This document shows positions 59,996 through 64,000 of a stretch of 64,000 nt of DNA, in pieces. The stretch lies in IMG/VR virus record IMGVR_UViG_3300042402_002792. One strand, given 5' to 3'. Position numbers and translations under genes: made by a program. Position 1 is the stretch's first letter; each line of letters opens with the position of its first letter. The stretch is from a virus. Taxonomy: Duplodnaviria; Heunggongvirae; Uroviricota; Caudoviricetes. A model generated the notes under the pieces. The model made no database searches. It saw only the letters and a list, made by a program, of their open reading frames with translations, and was not told the DNA's origin.

Positions 59996-60201
59996 GACTA
60001 AAAACACTGACACAAACAGCCACAGGATATACATGTGAGCTTGAAGGTGCCATGGGCTGTATACTGGTACAAGATTTGGTTTGGATGGAAGATCGTGAAG
60101 ATCTAAAGGATATACTGTACAGTCAAGCGTGGGCAGTGTTACAGGGCAGTTTTCACTGCTGTCTTAGCCTTCCGGGCAAGGTACAACTGTTGACCCAGTA
60201 A
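59986..60201 (+). CDS. Small hypothetical protein
   Basis: GTG start overlapping the previous stop region. Confidence 0.4.
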   Translation: MGIRLKTLTQTATGYTCELEGAMGCILVQDLVWMEDREDLKDILYSQAWAVLQGSFHCCLSLPGKVQLLTQ

Positions 60202-60369
60202 CAACCATGGTGACAAGTGTGCTAGACTCATTAGAATCCACATTATGAGCATGGTATCTATATGAGCTGTGCTAGTGCATACAGAATGTGTCTCATGATA
60301 TTGATAAACAGCCATAATGGCAAATATAGGTGTGGGGAATAGATTAAAAAACTGATAAATTCTGTACAT
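60139..60369 (-). CDS. Small membrane protein
   Basis: Two hydrophobic segments; TAAATA 4 nt upstream of ATG. Confidence 0.55.
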   Translation of the reverse strand: MYRIYQFFNLFPTPIFAIMAVYQYHETHSVCTSTAHIDTMLIMWILMSLAHLSPWLLLGQQLYLARKAKTAVKTAL

Positions 60370-60380
60370 GCTGTATTTAA

Positions 60381-60528
60381 GCCCGAAATGGGTCTACAGC
60401 CCAAAAAAAATAGCCGCGCAAAAAATTTTACAAGCTACTAAATGCTGAGGCCGGGGTTGTTTTTACAGTGCCCAAATGGGTCCTGCACTCTAAAAAAAAT
60501 TCTGCGCAAAAAATTTAGGTGGAGTACT
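60381..60528. repeat. Imperfect ~55-bp direct repeat with A-tracts
   Basis: GCCC(G)AAATGGGTC..A8..GCGCAAAAAATTT at 60381 and 60470. Confidence 0.8.
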
Positions 60529-60644
60529 TTTCTTTTCAAGGTGGTGATTTAGCACCACTAAGCTGTAATAAGTTAGTATTAATAATAATAATATAAAGCC
60601 CCGACCCCTCTCATCTATCGCCCCGACCACCGAACCCCTCAGCC

Positions 60645-60788
60645 AAAAAAAAATCCTAACCTACCGGGAGCGAATCGGATCAGTTAGGATTCAAAACACC
60701 CCTGAGGATGTTTATAGGGTTAGCCTGCTAAATACTTTGCCGGGAGCGAATCGGACTTACAGAGTACTAACAGGGCCTAGCCCTGTTA
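60645..60788 (-). ncRNA. Candidate structured 3'-UTR/small RNA with two anti-SD loops, ending in an intrinsic terminator
   Basis: Four consecutive hairpins; identical 16-mer at 60664-79 and 60740-55; final stem followed by a U tract on the minus strand. Confidence 0.6.
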
Positions 60789-60790
60789 CG

Positions 60791-61702
60791 TTATGCTCTA
60801 CGCATACACGTAACCTCTGCAACAGCACGCCAATTGCTAGGCATGCTCTTCTTCAAGTCTGCTATTTTTAGTACTGTACGCAATGACAGTTCACGCAGCT
60901 TCTTCTTGTTGTCATCCACAAAGTCAATCAACACTTCCTTCTCAAGGTCCGTGAACTCGTAGTCGTCCAGCATGCCGCACTCAGTAACCACTTGCTTGAT
61001 GCGCAAGATCTTCTCACGCTCTGTGTCAATGGTCAAGTCCAAGTAGTGGCAACGGCTCTCAAGTGCTTCCAAGTGATCACGTAGCTTCTTGCTCTTGACA
61101 TTGTCAAACTTGATGTTGGTGATGAAGATTGCACCGCCCTGGAACTCGAATGAGTTGGGCACACCTTCTGAACGCAGGAGTCTGCTGTCTGTGTTCCAGT
61201 GGATTGTACGCTTCTTACTGCTGTCCAGTGCTGCCTTGAGAATGTTCAAGCTCAGGTCATCTAACAGTACTGAGTCACAGTCATCAAACACTAGAATACA
61301 CTTCTTGTCTGAGAACTCGTAGAGCTTCTTGTACAAGCCAATGGCACTCATAGCACCCTTGACCACTTCGTACTTTTTCAGCTTTGAGTCGTTGGCAACG
61401 TTAGCAAACACATCGTGACGGCTCAATACAGCTTCTACACCAAAGCTCTTGCCTACGCCTGGGGGACCTGTTACGATCATAGCACGTACATCACCCTTCT
61501 TGACAGCACGGGTCATGTCGTCCAGGATAGTAAAGCGGCTACGCAGACGCTCCATGATCTCTTCATCTGTTACACCTTTGAGCTCACGCTCTTTGGCCTT
61601 GATTGCATCAGTGTCAATGCCAAAACTGACAACTGATTCCTTGCTGGCTTTCTTCATGTTAGAAACCGTCTCCAAATTTAGTACTTTATAGCCTTTAGTC
61701 AT
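60791..61702 (-). CDS. AAA+ family ATPase (early region)
   Basis: GPPGVGKS Walker A, ILVFDDCD Walker B, ALESR arginine finger; ATG 61702 follows a GGAGCGA RBS. Confidence 0.88.
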   Translation of the reverse strand: MTKGYKVLNLETVSNMKKASKESVVSFGIDTDAIKAKERELKGVTDEEIMERLRSRFTILDDMTRAVKKGDVRAMIVTGPPGVGKSFGVEAVLSRHDVFANVANDSKLKKYEVVKGAMSAIGLYKKLYEFSDKKCILVFDDCDSVLLDDLSLNILKAALDSSKKRTIHWNTDSRLLRSEGVPNSFEFQGGAIFITNIKFDNVKSKKLRDHLEALESRCHYLDLTIDTEREKILRIKQVVTECGMLDDYEFTDLEKEVLIDFVDDNKKKLRELSLRTVLKIADLKKSMPSNWRAVAEVTCMRRA

Positions 61703-61734
61703 TGCTCGCTCCAATGTTGTTTAAGTAAGTGTAT

Positions 61735-61763
61735 ATTATACTATCAAGCGTACTCGTTGTCAT
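61735..61763 (-). promoter_or_regulatory. Early sigma70 promoter
   Basis: ATGACA-17-TATAAT. Confidence 0.75.
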
Positions 61764-62037
61764 CCACTTTGGTTAACATGTTAGCAGGCACCCGCCACAA
61801 GCCACCTAAGGTCTTAACAGTAACGTATTTGATAGCAATCTTGGTCACAAAGCCAGTCATGTTCTGTCCAGTCTTAGTGCTGGTAAAGTTCACGTTATCA
61901 CCTAGTGCCAAACTGGCTTTGGTCAGTTTGGCTAAGGTTGCACGTTTCCATTTGACTGCATCAATGATGGCTGTCAGCTCTGTGTTAGACAAGTCACTAA
62001 ACATGATTGCCTGGTTGATCTCTTGTACTGTACGCAT
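61744..62037 (-). CDS. Small early hypothetical protein (SH3-like C-terminus)
   Basis: Own promoter and AGGAGCGA RBS; GDNVNF...GFVTKI...WRVPANML. Confidence 0.8.
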   Translation of the reverse strand: MRTVQEINQAIMFSDLSNTELTAIIDAVKWKRATLAKLTKASLALGDNVNFTSTKTGQNMTGFVTKIAIKYVTVKTLGGLWRVPANMLTKVDDNEYA

Positions 62038-62067
62038 AGGTCGCTCCTGTGTGTTGTTTAAGTCTTA

Positions 62068-62096
62068 ATTATAACAGCTTTAGCACCAGCTGTCAA
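62068..62096 (-). promoter_or_regulatory. Early sigma70 promoter
   Basis: TTGACA-17-TATAAT, perfect consensus. Confidence 0.9.
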
Positions 62097-62463
62097 CCAT
62101 TAATACGGGCTTCTTCATAACCCGTTTTACAAAGTCCTCGGGCTCGTCGTCGCAACGTACCATCATAAAGCCCATGCTCTCTACAAGGTCTACCTCGCAG
62201 ATCTGCAGGTCCAGAGCAGCCGCCTCAAAGGCAATGTTCATCTTAGTTAGGGCATACTTAACGCCTGCTTCAAAGGCCGCATACTCGCCATTGCCTACAT
62301 CTTCAAAGTCAAACTCGGACTCCATAATGTGTGCGTACTCTTGTCCATCTGCTACGATGAACTTGCCGATCTTCTTCCAGTTGCTCTGCTTCTCACTGTC
62401 AAAGTGGTCACAGCACTCGTTAATGTCAAAGCTGGCAAACTTGTCATAATTTACTTTAGTCAT
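62080..62463 (-). CDS. Early hypothetical protein
   Basis: Own promoter and GGGAGCGA RBS. Confidence 0.8.
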   Translation of the reverse strand: MTKVNYDKFASFDINECCDHFDSEKQSNWKKIGKFIVADGQEYAHIMESEFDFEDVGNGEYAAFEAGVKYALTKMNIAFEAAALDLQICEVDLVESMGFMMVRCDDEPEDFVKRVMKKPVLMVDSWC

Positions 62464-62494
62464 TTCTCGCTCCCTTTTGTGTTAATATGTATGT

Positions 62495-62535
62495 ATTATA
62501 GCACCAAATAATAACCCTGTCAACCGATGGGTTAT
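62495..62535 (-). promoter_or_regulatory. Early promoter with stem-loop around the -35
   Basis: TTGACA-17-TATAAT; ATAACCC...GGGTTAT stem encloses the -35. Confidence 0.9.
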
Positions 62536-62756
62536 AGCCACTGTTTATAGTCACCATGCTCTTCGTTGTCGTCGTAGCCTGCGTTATAGGCTTCTACTTC
62601 GTCAGGTGTCATGTCTTTGTATGTGACACGCGGTGAGCTACCAGTGTCGCCCATGTAATAGTGTGGCGTACGACCTCTGCGGTAGTAGCTGTCTGCCATG
62701 CCGCGATCATATGGGCCACCGTGGCGGGTATCAATAACAATGTGTTCTCTATACAT
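62532..62756 (-). CDS. Early hypothetical protein
   Basis: RHGGPYDRGMADSYY; AAGGAGC RBS. Confidence 0.8.
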   Translation of the reverse strand: MYREHIVIDTRHGGPYDRGMADSYYRRGRTPHYYMGDTGSSPRVTYKDMTPDEVEAYNAGYDDNEEHGDYKQWL

Positions 62757-62783
62757 GTCTGCTCCTTGCTTGTCTATGTGTTA

Positions 62784-62823
62784 ATTATAGCACCAAATAA
62801 TAACCCAGTCAACCGTAGGGTTA
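62784..62823 (-). promoter_or_regulatory. Early promoter with stem-loop around the -35
   Basis: TTGACT-17-TATAAT; spacer identical to the one at 62501-62517. Confidence 0.9.
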
Positions 62824-63111
62824 CCAGGCAAGCTCTTTTGCTGGGTAGCGGATCTTGCCCTCGTACTCCAACTGATCCTTCTCAAACTCTGTGAGGTAGT
62901 CGTTGGCTACAACTTCCCAGCCCAGGATGTACTCGCGATAGAACTCATTGTCGCACTCGATCTGTGAGCGCAAGGCCATCACAGTCTCTGTGACCTTGTT
63001 GACATTGATCTTCTTGACCACATAGTCACTGCCACCTTTTGGCTTCCAGTAGGGCTCATCAGCCGTACCGTAGTTCTCGTACACTTGGGTGGTAATCAAT
63101 AGTTTAGCCAT
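62821..63111 (-). CDS. Early hypothetical protein
   Basis: TQVYENYG...WKPKGG; AAGGAGCGAA RBS. Confidence 0.8.
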   Translation of the reverse strand: MAKLLITTQVYENYGTADEPYWKPKGGSDYVVKKINVNKVTETVMALRSQIECDNEFYREYILGWEVVANDYLTEFEKDQLEYEGKIRYPAKELAW

Positions 63112-63143
63112 TTGGTTCGCTCCTTGTTGCTGTCTATGTGTCT

Positions 63144-63172
63144 ATTATACTGTCTTTGGGCTAGAGTGTCAA
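63144..63172 (-). promoter_or_regulatory. Early sigma70 promoter
   Basis: TTGACA-17-TATAAT; the -35 contains the upstream gene's TGA stop. Confidence 0.9.
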
Positions 63173-63378
63173 GCCAGTTCGCGTTGTTTTTTAACAACAG
63201 CCGCCATGCTGTCGATAAAGCCCTTTTGCTCGCGCTTGCTCATCAGCGCCAGCATCTGCACAGCCATGCTCTCCAAGTAGCCAGCGGCATAGGCGTGTGA
63301 GCCATACTTCTCGTATGTAGCATCGGAGAACTTGCGCAGGATCTCTTTAAACTCTACTTGATTGTCTGTATGAAACAT
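63169..63378 (-). CDS. Early hypothetical protein
   Basis: Own promoter and AAGGAGC RBS. Confidence 0.78.
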   Translation of the reverse strand: MFHTDNQVEFKEILRKFSDATYEKYGSHAYAAGYLESMAVQMLALMSKREQKGFIDSMAAVVKKQRELA

Positions 63379-63407
63379 TTGGGCTCCTTTTGTGTCTGTA
63401 TGTATTG

Positions 63408-63436
63408 ATTATACTGCCTTTGGGCTAGCCCGTCAA
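63408..63436 (-). promoter_or_regulatory. Early sigma70 promoter
   Basis: TTGACG-17-TATAAT; the -35 contains the upstream TGA stop. Confidence 0.88.
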
Positions 63437-63648
63437 CCAAATTTTGCAAGAAACCCGTCACGGATTAGGGACATTTCCGTGTCTTCTACATAGAAGTCTG
63501 TAGTAGGATCGTAGTACTGACCTTGCTTGTTGTCATAATACAACACTCTGCCCGAGAAGTTGAACGGACCTTCTAGACCCTTGCGTGGACCGTATTTGAC
63601 ACGCATCTGGTCCATCTCATACTTGTCTGCTACAACCTTGTAACCCAT
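63433..63648 (-). CDS. Early hypothetical protein
   Basis: LEGPF...GRVLYYD...YYDPTTD; AAGGAGC RBS. Confidence 0.8.
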   Translation of the reverse strand: MGYKVVADKYEMDQMRVKYGPRKGLEGPFNFSGRVLYYDNKQGQYYDPTTDFYVEDTEMSLIRDGFLAKFG

Positions 63649-63678
63649 CGCCTGCTCCTTTTGTGTCTGTATGTATGT

Positions 63679-63717
63679 ATTATACAGCCAAAAAGAAACC
63701 CTGTCAACCGCAGGGTT
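63679..63717 (-). promoter_or_regulatory. Early promoter fused with a terminator hairpin
   Basis: TTGACA-17-TATAAT; AACCCTG/CAGGGTT stem followed by TCTTTTT directly after tRNA-Arg. Confidence 0.88.
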
Positions 63718-63721
63718 ATTC

Positions 63722-63798
63722 TGGCCAGACAGGAGGGATTCGAACCCCCGACCGACGCCTTAGAAGGGCGTTGCTCTATCCAACTGAGCTACTGTCTG
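63722..63798 (-). tRNA. tRNA-Arg(TCT)
   Basis: Cloverleaf CAGACAG/CTGTCTG, anticodon loop CTTCTAA, TTCGAAT, encoded CCA. Confidence 0.95.
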
Positions 63799-63802
63799 AT
63801 TC

Positions 63803-63880
63803 TGGTGGGCCCTCTGTGAGTCGAACACAGCACCAATGGATTATGAGTCCACTGCTCTAACCAACATGAGCTAAGGGCCC
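63803..63880 (-). tRNA. tRNA with CAT anticodon, probably Ile2
   Basis: GGGCCCT acceptor, loop CTCATAA, ACCA end; resembles bacterial lysidine tRNA-Ile2 rather than tRNA-Met. Confidence 0.88.
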
Positions 63881-63884
63881 TTTT

Positions 63885-63970
63885 TGGTGCTCGGACCCGG
63901 AATCGAACCGGGACGCCATTACAGCGAGAGATTTTAAGTCTCTTGTGTCTACCTATTTCACCATCCGAGC
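63885..63970 (-). tRNA. tRNA-Leu(TAA)
   Basis: 86 nt, long variable arm, loop CTTAAAA, ACCA end. Confidence 0.95.
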
Positions 63971-64000
63971 GATGATTTATTATACTATCATGATTCTATT

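Noticed and set aside
60386-60513. Helically phased A-tract bend
   Set aside because: Tract spacing within each repeat is about 16-17 bp, not a multiple of 10.5
60664-60755. Two identical 16-mers as a mini CRISPR array
   Set aside because: Only two short copies 76 bp apart, each embedded in a different stem; no cas genes in the window
61703-63717. Intergenic repeats as CRISPR or attC sites
   Set aside because: They resolve into -35/-10/RBS elements separated by whole genes; no integrase seen
63663-63860. 65-aa plus-strand ORF
   Set aside because: Antisense to tRNA genes and a promoter
1-64000. Stop-codon reassignment
   Set aside because: Core genes are full length in code 11 and no suppressor tRNA is present in the window

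Overview
64 kb of a large T4-related myophage (no capsid or portal gene in the window; standard genetic code; host not identifiable). Left to right: a 5'-truncated giant (>3180 aa) repeat-rich virion protein and three tail-fibre/adhesin-type genes; an AT-rich, mixed-orientation cassette of 3 flavin-dependent halogenase homologues, 5 2OG-Fe(II) oxygenases and a NodU/CmcH carbamoyltransferase; Nudix, gp15/gp14/gp13, dNMP kinase, tail sheath and tube, gp4, terminase; gp32, UvsX, UvsY; an 8-gene glycosylation cluster; UvsW, a 192-aa miniature DnaE-like protein, primase and helicase; a repeat-rich non-coding convergence zone; and a minus-strand early region of seven promoter-RBS cassettes plus three tRNAs. 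Three observations stand out. (1) A ~145-nt structured, terminator-ended RNA after the last early gene shows two identical loops complementary to the GGAGCGA ribosome-binding sites of the early genes, while many late genes look leaderless; this may be an RNA-based early-to-late translation switch. (2) The giant virion protein has eight ~150-aa phycobiliprotein-like (C-x-R-D) repeats. (3) The halogenase/oxygenase/carbamoyltransferase and glycosylation cassettes carry late-type promoters. All family calls come from motif recognition by eye; no database search was run.
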